A stretch of DNA of 64,000 nucleotides. Source: an uncultured Candidatus Saccharibacteria bacterium (GTDB lineage Bacteria; Patescibacteriota; Saccharimonadia; Saccharimonadales; JALRHH01). The position numbers were made by a program, and so were the translations under genes. This document shows positions 9,872-18,980 of this stretch, in pieces (position 1 is the stretch's first letter; each line of letters starts with the position of its first letter). Where the stretch lies: the NCBI GenBank assembly GCA_964639295.1, contig CAZXDT010000002.1:2609-66608 (forward strand). The letters run 5' to 3'. The notes beneath the pieces were generated by a model. That model searched no databases. It was not told the origin of the DNA and worked only from the letters and a program-made list of their open reading frames with translations.

Positions 9872-10069
9872 CTAGCCGCGCTTAACAGTCAAGAAACCGT
9901 TACGTGGGTTTTCGTTTACAACGAAGCCTGCAGGAAGGTCAGTTGCCTCTGGGCGGTCGTCCTTGCTGAAGTAGTAAATCCTCTGCTCTTTGCCACCGCG
10001 CAATACGACGAGCTTTGAGTTAAGGTGATATGTTACGCCTTTTGAGTTCTGGTGTGTGTATCCAGCCAT
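9872..10069 (-). CDS. Small hypothetical protein (65 aa)
   Basis: GAGGGAG lies 6 nt upstream of ATG 10069 (MAGYTHQNSKGVTYHLNSK...). A stem-loop follows at 9820-9845. Confidence 0.6.
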   Translation of the reverse strand: MAGYTHQNSKGVTYHLNSKLVVLRGGKEQRIYYFSKDDRPEATDLPAGFVVNENPRNGFLTVKRG

Positions 10070-10338
10070 TATAAGGTCTCCCTCTCTTACATTAACTAAT
10101 GGTACTCCTAACATACTCTTGGGTGTTTTAGCTTGTCAACAGGTTTACGCACAAATAACTTCTTAGGATACAAAATGACCCCTGTTAAATTCCAAAGTAA
10201 AAAATGTTTTTATAAACAACGTTCGAAGGGGCAAAACAGGTCTTGACGGATTCTTCCACAGTTAAAATCTCAACAGTGGTTGCGTAACACACCGCTTATG
10301 CATTACACTACCGTTACATAACGAAAGGTGGATTTTAC

Positions 10339-10992
10339 ATGGAATGGATGAATCGTGGCCAAGGCCAAGGTCAACCAGCAGGACAGCCACAAGGAGCTAG
10401 TCCAGCGCCCGCAGGTCATACTGCAAAAAGAAGTCAAGGTGTAGCTGCATTACGCGGTTTGCGCTTTGCACAAGTAGCCTTACTATTTTTGGTTACTATC
10501 TTAGTTGTTGCAACGGTGAGTTACATTGCTGTCGGCGGCCCTAAGAAAGCAGAATCAAGCTTTGTAGACAGTAAGAAGCTGCAGGCAGTCTTCCTCAACG
10601 GTGGACAGGTATACTTCGGTAACATTACCGACCTTAACGGTAAGTTCCTCAGTATGAACAACATCTACTACTTGCGCGTTAACCAGCAGGTACAACCAAA
10701 CCAGAGCAATAGCTCTACTAATGCTAACGACATTTCACTCGTGAAGCTTGGTTGTGAATTGCACGGTCCTCAGGACAGCATGGTTATCAACCGTGAGCAG
10801 ATCATCTTCTGGGAAAACCTAAAGGATGACGGTCAAGTTGCTAAGGCAGTTGCTGAGTACAAGAAGGCTAACCCAGGTGATCAGAAATGTGACACCACAA
10901 GTCAGTCTACTGGTACAAACAACACTGATACTAGTACTACAAACAACTCAACCACGACAAATAACAATACTTCTACCACCAAGAAGCCATAA
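10339..10992 (+). CDS. Membrane-anchored hypothetical protein (Gln/Gly-rich N-terminus, Thr/Asn-rich C-terminus)
   Basis: GAAAGGTGG lies upstream of the ATG. The product has a single TM helix (ALLFLVTILVVATVSYIAV). A strong terminator follows at 11013-11038. Confidence 0.7.
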   Translation: MEWMNRGQGQGQPAGQPQGASPAPAGHTAKRSQGVAALRGLRFAQVALLFLVTILVVATVSYIAVGGPKKAESSFVDSKKLQAVFLNGGQVYFGNITDLNGKFLSMNNIYYLRVNQQVQPNQSNSSTNANDISLVKLGCELHGPQDSMVINREQIIFWENLKDDGQVAKAVAEYKKANPGDQKCDTTSQSTGTNNTDTSTTNNSTTTNNNTSTTKKP

Positions 10993-11012
10993 CACACACA
11001 TCGTGAGTTCAG

Positions 11013-11038
11013 AAAAACCCCGCATCAGCGGGGTTTTT
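11013..11038 (+). terminator. Rho-independent terminator (A-tract upstream, so possibly bidirectional)
   Basis: The sequence is aaaaa-ccccgc-atca-gcgggg-ttttt, 20 nt after the stop of gene 10339-10992. Confidence 0.85.
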
Positions 11039-11063
11039 CGTTTAGTAAAGATCGCTTTTATGC

Positions 11064-11120
11064 ACCACACCAGACAGTGGGTTGCGAGCTCCGCTCGTAA
11101 GTAGGATGGTTGGTGTGGTG
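11064..11120 (+). repeat. Module-2-only copy (D) of the structured element
   Basis: A perfect 10-bp outer stem (caccacacca / tggtgtggtg) encloses gggttgcgagctccgctcgtaag, which is homologous to module 2 of copies A and B. Confidence 0.7.
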
Positions 11121-11127
11121 TGCCTGT

Positions 11128-11724
11128 TTAAGATAAACGGTGTTTAAGCCACTGCACAAAGGCCGTTCGGACAATGAGCGCAAGTGTCAGCACGGCGGTT
11201 AACAGCACACTCCAGCCAGCTAGATCTGGTGACCAAACTGGGGGCACAAAATCAAACTTATACAGTGAGTCAGGAATTGCTGCCTGAGTTGGCGCTGCGC
11301 CATGCGTCAAAATATAGTTCTGTATACAGTCAATTCGATACAATGACCTGCCTGTTGGCATTTGTGCTTCACAATAAGCCTGAGCCTCGGTAGCGAGACC
11401 AGTGTTTGACGCTGTTTTCTGGGTTGCTACAAGCCTGTCGTAGCGATATTTGAGCTGTACGGGAGGATAGGCGCCACCTGGAGAGGCGAGCCCTGTGTTC
11501 ATGTGGCTATACACATAGCCTCGTAGGTTCCGGAGCGCACCTTCTACATCCCCATTGTCTTTATCAGTTTGCAGGACAGTATCCCGCAGTTGGATGGCAC
11601 GTGTATTGTTGTGGCGCAGTGCTAATACGGATATGGAGAACGACACAACTATAGCAATCACAAAGTACCATGCTTTTACTTTACGAAGTTGGACCAGGAC
11701 ATGATGGAGATGACGTTTGTTCAT
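11128..11724 (-). CDS. Hypothetical membrane protein (N- and C-terminal TM helices)
   Basis: This 198-aa ORF starts 3 nt after the stop of the upstream MFS gene, so the two look like an operon. Confidence 0.65.
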   Translation of the reverse strand: MNKRHLHHVLVQLRKVKAWYFVIAIVVSFSISVLALRHNNTRAIQLRDTVLQTDKDNGDVEGALRNLRGYVYSHMNTGLASPGGAYPPVQLKYRYDRLVATQKTASNTGLATEAQAYCEAQMPTGRSLYRIDCIQNYILTHGAAPTQAAIPDSLYKFDFVPPVWSPDLAGWSVLLTAVLTLALIVRTAFVQWLKHRLS

Positions 11725-11726
11725 GC

Positions 11727-12944
11727 TTATGCCTTCTGCTTGGTATTATATACTGCAAACCGTTCAGTGGTGATGCCAAGCGAGGCCACACCGGCAATAG
11801 CAAATGACACGATTAAAACTACTTTTAGATCTAAGGTAGTGGCTAGGATTGCCAAAAAGAACCAAACGGTTGCCTTAGTAATACTATTGGTTGCTTCCAT
11901 ACTCGAAACATAGACAATCCGAAGACCCGGTAAGTCGTCTGCGGCCGAGTAGAAACCCTTCAGCCATGGCATACGGTACCCCGCCGTTACCGCCTCATTA
12001 ACACTGTTAACCGTAAAAACTCCCCAAATATTTGGAACAAACGGCCTAACGACATACGTCAGCATATTTGCTATGGCGCTCATCCGTAGCAACCGCCGCG
12101 CATAGCCGGTATCGGCAATATGCCCAATTAAACGTGCTGAGACGATCGATACCAGTACTGCAACAGCACTCAAGCTTCCAAGTTGTGCGTAAACTGTTCC
12201 GGACAGAACGAATACTGCCACATAAAACGACCATGTATTGATGCAAAGTGTATTTTCAACCCCTAAACAAGCATTGGAAAACAGATCCCGTTTAAGCCTT
12301 TCTACGGGTAGATCTTTGTAGCGAAGCTTTTGCCTCGTCTTGGTTGGCTCAGCTGATTGGAATAGGGGTATAAGGCTCATGAATAGCAAAATGGTCGCTA
12401 CCAAAAAGATATAACGCGGACCCAACACAGAACCAACCACGCCTCCAACAAAAGGACCAATCAGAAAACCAATTTTCTCAAAGGTCTGCATATGGCCCAG
12501 TTCCCTACCGGCCTTAGTAGTGTGTTTTATCTTGGAAAATTCAACATGGTAAGCGATAAAGAAAAAGCTAGCCGAAACTCCCCACGGTAGGCCTAAGAGC
12601 GCAATATTCCAATGGTGAGATGGTACCGATAACAGCAGCCCTGCACTCACAATTTGTAGCGCACAACTTATAATCATGGCGTGCTTAGGGCCATAACGAG
12701 CAACAAAGAAAGCCGAACCAATATCACTGAACGTCCGTGCAACAAAGAAGAACCCATACATGGCCAAGATTGCTGCAGGTGAATAATGCTGTTGGTACAA
12801 ATAGAACGGCACAAAAACCATAAACACACTTAACGCTGTGCTGCGGAGCATATTACTTATGTATAGTTCGCTTAGTTCGTCAAAGCCAACATCACGCCAA
12901 AAGTGAGTTCGTCTGAGTAGTTTTTCTATATTTTTTTTCAGCAT
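11727..12944 (-). CDS. MFS transporter
   Basis: About 12 hydrophobic segments are present. I chose the start at MLKKNIEKLL (12944), because the longer ORF-track start would overlap the divergent murC-like gene. Confidence 0.8.
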   Translation of the reverse strand: MLKKNIEKLLRRTHFWRDVGFDELSELYISNMLRSTALSVFMVFVPFYLYQQHYSPAAILAMYGFFFVARTFSDIGSAFFVARYGPKHAMIISCALQIVSAGLLLSVPSHHWNIALLGLPWGVSASFFFIAYHVEFSKIKHTTKAGRELGHMQTFEKIGFLIGPFVGGVVGSVLGPRYIFLVATILLFMSLIPLFQSAEPTKTRQKLRYKDLPVERLKRDLFSNACLGVENTLCINTWSFYVAVFVLSGTVYAQLGSLSAVAVLVSIVSARLIGHIADTGYARRLLRMSAIANMLTYVVRPFVPNIWGVFTVNSVNEAVTAGYRMPWLKGFYSAADDLPGLRIVYVSSMEATNSITKATVWFFLAILATTLDLKVVLIVSFAIAGVASLGITTERFAVYNTKQKA

Positions 12945-13017
12945 AGTGTTTATCTTTAATCTTTCCCCAAGTGTACCACTGTTAGGGCTTCGTTGCCTAG
13001 TGTCATATACTGGTGTC

Positions 13018-14313
13018 ATGCATATTTACTTTTCAGGTATCGGCGGAGCCGGCATTGGCCCGCTCGCACTCGTTGCTAAACAGGCTGGTTATGAAGTTTC
13101 CGGATCCGATAAACAGGATTCAAGCTATATTAGTTACCTCAGGGACCACGGTATTACTGACGTCCATATTGGTCAGGATTACGATGCAATCGCCGCCATT
13201 CATGACAAAAAATCTATTGATTGGTTCGTCTACACCTCTGCACTGCCCATGGAGGACCCTAATGCCCCTGAATTACGATTCTGCCATGATCAAAGCATAA
13301 AAACGAGTAAACGAGATGAGCTACTCAACCAGATCCTCACAGACAAACAGCTCAAAATGATTGCCATTGCTGGTACGCATGGCAAGACCACCACCACTGC
13401 GATCATGGTGTGGACTATGCAACAACTGGGCGTCCCAATTAGTTATCTTTTGCCTGCTAAGACCAGTTTTGCAGACATGGGTGCTTATACAGAAGATTCA
13501 GAATATTTTGTGTACGAGGCGGATGAATACGACAGAAACTTCTTGGCCTACGAGCCACATATGAGCATTATTACTGGGGTTGATTGGGATCACCCAGATA
13601 TCTACCCAACTCGTGATGATTACAATGCGGCGTTTAGAGAGTTCTTAGAACAAAGTCAGCGATCAATATTATGGCAAAGTGATATTGACCGTTTAGAGAT
13701 AAACGCTCAGGATGCTGCTCTAGTGCTTGATGAAGCTGACCCACTAATCAACAAGCTAATAACCCTCCCAGGTCTCGTAAACCGCCAAAACGCCTGGGAA
13801 GTGGCTCAGACAGTGAGTCTGCTACTGGATAAACCCATCAATGAAGTACTGTCTATCACAAATGAGTTCCCTGGCGTGGCGCGCCGTTTTGAACAAATTA
13901 TACCTGGCATATACAGCGATTATGCCCACACACCTGCTAAGATTCGTGGAGCACTGCAACTTGGCAATGAGATTGCTGGAGATAACCTAGTCGTTGTATA
14001 CGAGGGACTGCACAATACCAGACAGCACTTCATCAAGGATGAGCTTGTACATTTATTTGACGGGGCAAAACAGCTCTATATTGTTCCGAGTTACTTAGCA
14101 CGCGAGGACGAGTCACTTAAGCTTTGGAGCCCCGAAGATCTTAAGAGCATTATGAGTCCAGAAACCCAGGAAGTGACGACCGCATCCCAATTAAATAGTG
14201 ATCTACAGCAAGCCATTGAGCAACATGTGGCTGCTGGCGACACCGTCCTCTGCCTAACTGCAGGTGGCGGCAATAGCCTCGATGAATGGCTCCGCGCTAC
14301 CTTTGCGCAATAA
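13018..14313 (+). CDS. murC: Mur ligase family protein (UDP-N-acetylmuramate--L-alanine ligase MurC / Mpl-like)
   Basis: The N-terminal Rossmann segment is MHIYFSGIGGAGIGPLA and the P-loop is AIAGTHGKTTTT. I chose the start at ATG 13018. Confidence 0.8.
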   Translation: MHIYFSGIGGAGIGPLALVAKQAGYEVSGSDKQDSSYISYLRDHGITDVHIGQDYDAIAAIHDKKSIDWFVYTSALPMEDPNAPELRFCHDQSIKTSKRDELLNQILTDKQLKMIAIAGTHGKTTTTAIMVWTMQQLGVPISYLLPAKTSFADMGAYTEDSEYFVYEADEYDRNFLAYEPHMSIITGVDWDHPDIYPTRDDYNAAFREFLEQSQRSILWQSDIDRLEINAQDAALVLDEADPLINKLITLPGLVNRQNAWEVAQTVSLLLDKPINEVLSITNEFPGVARRFEQIIPGIYSDYAHTPAKIRGALQLGNEIAGDNLVVVYEGLHNTRQHFIKDELVHLFDGAKQLYIVPSYLAREDESLKLWSPEDLKSIMSPETQEVTTASQLNSDLQQAIEQHVAAGDTVLCLTAGGGNSLDEWLRATFAQ

Positions 14314-14340
14314 TTCACAAGTCGACAGCTAACAGATAGT

Positions 14341-14431
14341 GCTTGTATTTAATAAATATAAGCGGCGTTGCTCATAATTTAGGAGTAAACTCCTAATTCT
14401 TCCGCTACTTGCTTATGGTATATTTAAAGTA
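14341..14431 (+). promoter_or_regulatory. Promoter/leader module upstream of the histidine kinase gene (copy 1)
   Basis: An AT-rich hairpin (gcttgtat...ataagc) is followed by block 1 (aagcggcgttgctcataatttagg, containing a CATAAT -10-like hexamer) and block 2 (aattcttccgctacttgcttatggta). Both blocks recur upstream of gene 18281-18958. Confidence 0.6.
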
Positions 14432-15853
14432 ATGAAACTACTCCGAGTGGGGAGCTTAAAACCCGTATTCAAGCCAAAAAAGTACACGACATTTGTCGCA
14501 CTACTTATCATTGTTGCGGGGGTGGCCAGTGCCCTTTTTGCAGCCGTAACCAGTCACTTGCAGCAACGAGAATACCTTGTGGGTCGCGCTCAGACTATTT
14601 CTGACACGCTGCCAATAAATGATATCTACAAGCTAAAAGGCAACCAGACGGATCTTTCCCGTCCCGAATATGCCAAAGTCAAACAGGCGTTGCAGCAGGT
14701 GAGTAATAGTAACACCGACATATCCCGTATCCACTTATTCATTATTAGAGACAGTAAGGTTGAGGTTGCAGCAGATTCTAAGACTCCAGATAGCCCTGGG
14801 TATGTGTCACCAGGAGTAACTTTTAGCGATGCCAGCGAGGCGCTCCGGACCGCATTCAAGACTGATACGCCGCATTATGACAACTTAGTATCTGACTATG
14901 CAGGACGCTGGATCGCGGCTTATACGCCTGTGTACGACGTTCAGAGCAACAAGACAGTGGCAGTGGTTGGAGTGTTCAAGGATGCACGCACATATTACCT
15001 AGAGATACTCCTATATGCCCTAGTACCGTTACTACTTGCCGCGATTCCCTTGGCAGGCATATTACGTGATATTAAAATTCAGGCAAAAGAGCACGAAATT
15101 ATGCAGCTTAAGAATCAGTTTGTATCTATTGCCTCACACGAACTGCGTTCCCCACTTGCCGGTATGCTCTGGGGTATACACACGCTCGGACAAGAAGCCG
15201 ACAAGAAACTATCACCCAAACAACATGACCTGTTAAATGACATGTATCGCAGTACTGAATCTTCACTGACCACTGTGAATGAGATTCTTGATCTGTCTAT
15301 TTTTGAACGTGGGCAAGAACACAATTTACAGCACGACTTACTAGATCTACACAGCGTCATGAAACAGGTTGTTGCCACCCTCAAACTCGGAGCCCAAGAG
15401 AAACACATAACAATCCACTTTGGACATGATTGGCCCAAGCAGGCTTTCGCAACCGGAGACCTAGGTGCGGTAAAGCGAGCCATGATGAACATCGTGTCAA
15501 ACGCCATTAAGTACAGCCCAGAAAAGACGACCATAGCGGTTAACTATCGCAATGCGAATGGCGAGCACATTGTAAGTGTTAAGGATGAAGGTATTGGTAT
15601 CCCCAGTGGTGAGCAAGAAAAGGTTCTAGAAGGATATTACAGGGCAAGTAATGCTTCCGTTATACAAGCCCACGGTACGGGCCTGGGGCTTTGGGTTTCT
15701 AAGAAAATCGTAGAGGAAAATGGTGGCCGTTTATGGCTTAACTCCAAAGTTGGACATGGTACGACTATCTATATCGCGATGTCTGTTTCGAACCCTACTG
15801 GCCCGCTGCTTCAAGGATCTGCTGCGTCAAAGCAGTCGGGTCAAGATTCTTAG
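14432..15853 (+). CDS. Sensor histidine kinase (two TM helices, extracytoplasmic sensor domain, HisKA + HATPase_c)
   Basis: The H-box is SIASHELRSPL and the G-box is GTGLGLWVSKKIVEENGG. Confidence 0.92.
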   Translation: MKLLRVGSLKPVFKPKKYTTFVALLIIVAGVASALFAAVTSHLQQREYLVGRAQTISDTLPINDIYKLKGNQTDLSRPEYAKVKQALQQVSNSNTDISRIHLFIIRDSKVEVAADSKTPDSPGYVSPGVTFSDASEALRTAFKTDTPHYDNLVSDYAGRWIAAYTPVYDVQSNKTVAVVGVFKDARTYYLEILLYALVPLLLAAIPLAGILRDIKIQAKEHEIMQLKNQFVSIASHELRSPLAGMLWGIHTLGQEADKKLSPKQHDLLNDMYRSTESSLTTVNEILDLSIFERGQEHNLQHDLLDLHSVMKQVVATLKLGAQEKHITIHFGHDWPKQAFATGDLGAVKRAMMNIVSNAIKYSPEKTTIAVNYRNANGEHIVSVKDEGIGIPSGEQEKVLEGYYRASNASVIQAHGTGLGLWVSKKIVEENGGRLWLNSKVGHGTTIYIAMSVSNPTGPLLQGSAASKQSGQDS

Positions 15854-16163
15854 CAAGATACACTGTTACACCAGCCTGAAGCGCGTGGTTGACTGAGTCA
15901 TTGGTCTCGTCATTAGTAAGCATCACGATAGGTACATGCTTGCCCCAATCGTCTGCACGGATGGCGTCAACCATCTCGAGACCCGTCATATTTGGCATGC
16001 GTACGTCAGACACTACAAGGTCGGGGTGTTGCTCTAGAGCAACGCTCAGACCTTCTTTGCCATCAACTGCCTCGATTACGGTTTGGCCAGCGTTTTTAAG
16101 GAGAGCTGTTAAGCCCTCACGAATTAGTTTGTCGTCATCAACGACTAGAATAGTTTTGCTCAT
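15795..16163 (-). CDS. Response regulator, receiver domain only (CheY-like)
   Basis: MSKTILVVDDD, DLVVSDVRMP and a conserved Lys region are present. There is no output domain in the 122-aa product. I chose the start at ATG 16163. Confidence 0.88.
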   Translation of the reverse strand: MSKTILVVDDDKLIREGLTALLKNAGQTVIEAVDGKEGLSVALEQHPDLVVSDVRMPNMTGLEMVDAIRADDWGKHVPIVMLTNDETNDSVNHALQAGVTVYLAKNLDPTALTQQILEAAGQ

Positions 16164-16201
16164 AGCCTTAATGATACGGGGTGATCCTCTAGCGAGCAAG
16201 A

Positions 16202-16783
16202 TTATCCTGGAATAATCTCGCCTTTTTCGGTCACTGTAACCGCGCCTTGCCTCAAAACCTCGACTGCATCGTCTACTACCCGAATAACAGTTGAAGGCTT
16301 ATGGCCAGATAAATCACCTCCGTCAACATAAAAATCTACCTCACTACCAAAATATGCCTCTGCAGCTACAAGATTAACTGCCGGCTCCTGCCCTGTGTGA
16401 TTGGCGCTACTCGTTAAGAGCGGTCCTGTTTTTTCAAGTAGCTTCAGGAGATCAGGATGGTCCGGAATTCTACAAGCGAGTGATTGTTTGCCAAGATGGA
16501 GCTCCTCATGTTGTATACCAAGAGGTATGACGACACTGATTGGGTTTGGCCAGAATTGCTCCACAGCAGTCATATAGCGACGTGGGATTCCCAACTCAAC
16601 GAATTGGCCTATGTTAGCAGCGATTACCGTACCTGGCTTGTGGTGACGATGTTTAATATTGTACAAGCGAGCAACAGCTATTGGGTCACTTGCGCTAGCA
16701 ACCACGCCATATATTGTGTCTGTGGGTAACACACCGACTTTCCCATCATTTAGATATGATGCAATAGTATCGATGCTTAACAT
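16202..16783 (-). CDS. tsaC: L-threonylcarbamoyladenylate synthase (TsaC/YrdC family)
   Basis: GVLPTDTIYGVVA and SANHTGQEP motifs are present. I chose the start at MLSIDTIASYL (16783). Confidence 0.88.
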   Translation of the reverse strand: MLSIDTIASYLNDGKVGVLPTDTIYGVVASASDPIAVARLYNIKHRHHKPGTVIAANIGQFVELGIPRRYMTAVEQFWPNPISVVIPLGIQHEELHLGKQSLACRIPDHPDLLKLLEKTGPLLTSSANHTGQEPAVNLVAAEAYFGSEVDFYVDGGDLSGHKPSTVIRVVDDAVEVLRQGAVTVTEKGEIIPG

Positions 16784-16839
16784 GTTAAGTATTACTGACA
16801 CTTTTATTAGTTTCCTCTTATGGTTTATACTATAGCTAT

Positions 16840-17727
16840 ATGATACAAACACCTGTGGACGGCTTAGCCGAAAAAGTAAGCGGTCTCCTTCACCTTGCTG
16901 GCGATTGGCTCTATGATCATGGTATAGACATTCTCATTATACTTATTGGGGCATGGATTCTGCGTCATTTTAGTGCCAAAGTAATAAACAATCTACTCCG
17001 TCACACGCTTCGCTCTGATATGTTCCCTACTAAGGGTGCTCGTGAAAAGCGGCTCAAAACATTGAGCAGTATGACCAACGCCATTGTGCAGATAGGTATA
17101 TCTGGAGTAGCGATCATTTTGATTATCGGGATCATAAACCCTAACTCTGCGAACGCATTATTCGCCAGCGCTGGTCTTATAACTGTTGCACTTGGATTTG
17201 GTGCAAAAGACCTTATTAACGACTTTATTACAGGAATCTTTATCATTAGTGAAGGTCAGTACCGTGTTGGTGACTCTGTAGAGATTGCTGGTGTTAGTGG
17301 CGTTGTAGAAGCAGTAACCGTACGTACTACTGTACTCCGCGATCTTGATGGCAATGTCCATTATGTGCCAAATGGTGACATCGTAGTGGCGACTAACAAG
17401 ACCCAAGGCTACAGCTTAATCAACGAGAATATCGCTTTTGCGCCCGATACAGATATTGAACGCCTCACCCACATCATCAACCACGTCGGTGAAGAACTAG
17501 CCGCCGACCCAGATTATAAGAACAAGATCAAAGAAGCACCACGTGTGGCGCAAGTAGTCGGTTATGGGCCAACAGGAGTAATCCTAAAAGTCACAAGCAA
17601 GGTTGGAGAGAGTGATAAGTTCGCCATTAAGAGCAATATGTACCGCGAGCTACACAAGGCCTTTGCCAAGAACGACATCAAAGTTGCCTTGCAACCCGCT
17701 CCAGCGCCAGCCCCTTCTAAAAAATAG
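16840..17727 (+). CDS. Mechanosensitive ion channel (MscS family)
   Basis: Three TM helices are followed by GDSVEIAGVSGVVEAVTVRTTVLRDLDGNVHYVPNG, which matches the MscS beta domain. Confidence 0.88.
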   Translation: MIQTPVDGLAEKVSGLLHLAGDWLYDHGIDILIILIGAWILRHFSAKVINNLLRHTLRSDMFPTKGAREKRLKTLSSMTNAIVQIGISGVAIILIIGIINPNSANALFASAGLITVALGFGAKDLINDFITGIFIISEGQYRVGDSVEIAGVSGVVEAVTVRTTVLRDLDGNVHYVPNGDIVVATNKTQGYSLINENIAFAPDTDIERLTHIINHVGEELAADPDYKNKIKEAPRVAQVVGYGPTGVILKVTSKVGESDKFAIKSNMYRELHKAFAKNDIKVALQPAPAPAPSKK

Positions 17728-18279
17728 CTACAAGCTAAGTGAAGTATCGCTTAGACTGTTACTGTCAAAATCAGTAGCGTCTGGGGCACCGTTGAGGCTC
17801 TCGTCAACTGCTTTGGTCGTATCGTCAACATCTTTTGTTGTAGCAGTAGCTTGGGTAGTACTTGTAGTTGGCTTGTTGGCAGTCTTTGTTTTGTCCTGTT
17901 GTTTACTATAGGCAAGCACTGCAACAACCGCGAGTGCCACTGCAACAACTAAAGCAATGGCGATAGCGGCTACAGGAGCCCTGTGACTAGGTGCTTTGGC
18001 TGAAGGAGTCGCAATAAGTACGGCTGGTTCTGTTGGTTCAACGGTCGCTGGGTCAGGAGCATCAGCGTCTGGTGGCGCCACTGAAACCTCTGGCTCGGCT
18101 GAGTCCGAAGGAGTCGGGTCAACACTAGCGGATACTGGAGGCGCAGTCAGTGGTTCTGTTGGTGCAGTTGTCTCAACATCTGGTGCGGGTGTAGTAAGCG
18201 GAGCTGTTGGTTGGGAAGCCTGTGGTGGCTGAATATCCATTACTGGTGCAGTTGGCTTTGGTTCTTGGTTATTGTCCAT
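17728..18279 (-). CDS. Pro/Thr/Ala-rich single-TM membrane protein, hypothetical
   Basis: Low-complexity PTAP-type sequence is followed by the TM helix AAIAIALVVAVALAVVAVLAY. I chose the start at MDNNQEPK, 2 nt after the upstream stop. Confidence 0.6.
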   Translation of the reverse strand: MDNNQEPKPTAPVMDIQPPQASQPTAPLTTPAPDVETTAPTEPLTAPPVSASVDPTPSDSAEPEVSVAPPDADAPDPATVEPTEPAVLIATPSAKAPSHRAPVAAIAIALVVAVALAVVAVLAYSKQQDKTKTANKPTTSTTQATATTKDVDDTTKAVDESLNGAPDATDFDSNSLSDTSLSL

Positions 18280-18280
18280 A

Positions 18281-18958
18281 TTAGTTGCTCCCCGTTGTCG
18301 CATTAGTTTCAGCAAGGCTGGCGCGAATCTTCTTGAGCGTAGGCTTAATTGTATCGTTCACGTATGTCTTAATCGCTATCCCATCATCGTGCACTTTCTT
18401 GAGCCCACTACGTGCGTCTTCAAGTGAAGCCTTAAAGCCTGTGGGGTCAGCAACACAATCCATACCAGCAACATCGCTCACCGCCTGTTTGTAAGTAGCG
18501 AGGTCTGTTTTGAAGGTAGCTATCTTGGTCTGTAGCTCAGCGATTTCTGTCTTCAATTCCGTTGTGTTGGCACCCTTTTGATCGAGTTTTTCCTGAAGTT
18601 TTGTTAATCGATCAACGAGGTTGCCATATACCTGGGTACGGCTCGTCTCAATACCTGTTATTCTGCCCTGCAAGCTACTCACAAGTCCTTGTGCATTCTT
18701 ACATCGGGTCTGGAGACGCTTTTCTTGAACAGCTGTTAACTTAATTTTCAGTGCGTCTTTGCGCTTTTGCAAACGAGCGTTCAGCTCCGTTTTCTGAGCT
18801 TCTGTGGTTTTAGTTGTAGTGGGCGTGGTTGTTTGTTCGGTCTGAGTAGTTGTGTCCGATGGTGCGTCACCCACAGAGTCAACTGCTAGCACCGGCGTTA
18901 CAACAAACAGCGGCGTCAGTATGCTGGCGCTCAATATCATTTTTATACGAGATTTCAT
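18281..18958 (-). CDS. Secreted coiled-coil protein, hypothetical
   Basis: AAGGAG lies upstream of the ATG. The signal-peptide-like N-terminus is MKSRIKMILSASILTPLFVVTPVLA, followed by heptad-like Lys/Glu/Leu-rich sequence. Confidence 0.7.
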   Translation of the reverse strand: MKSRIKMILSASILTPLFVVTPVLAVDSVGDAPSDTTTQTEQTTTPTTTKTTEAQKTELNARLQKRKDALKIKLTAVQEKRLQTRCKNAQGLVSSLQGRITGIETSRTQVYGNLVDRLTKLQEKLDQKGANTTELKTEIAELQTKIATFKTDLATYKQAVSDVAGMDCVADPTGFKASLEDARSGLKKVHDDGIAIKTYVNDTIKPTLKKIRASLAETNATTGSN

Positions 18959-18980
18959 CAGTTTATTAGCTCCTTATTGC

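Noticed and set aside
10213-10228. Near-palindrome aacgttcgaagg, considered as a Cheo/LexA-type operator for the LexA-like protein.
   Set aside because: It does not fit CGAAC-N4-GTTCG spacing. Only two loose instances occur in the window, neither near the LexA-like gene.
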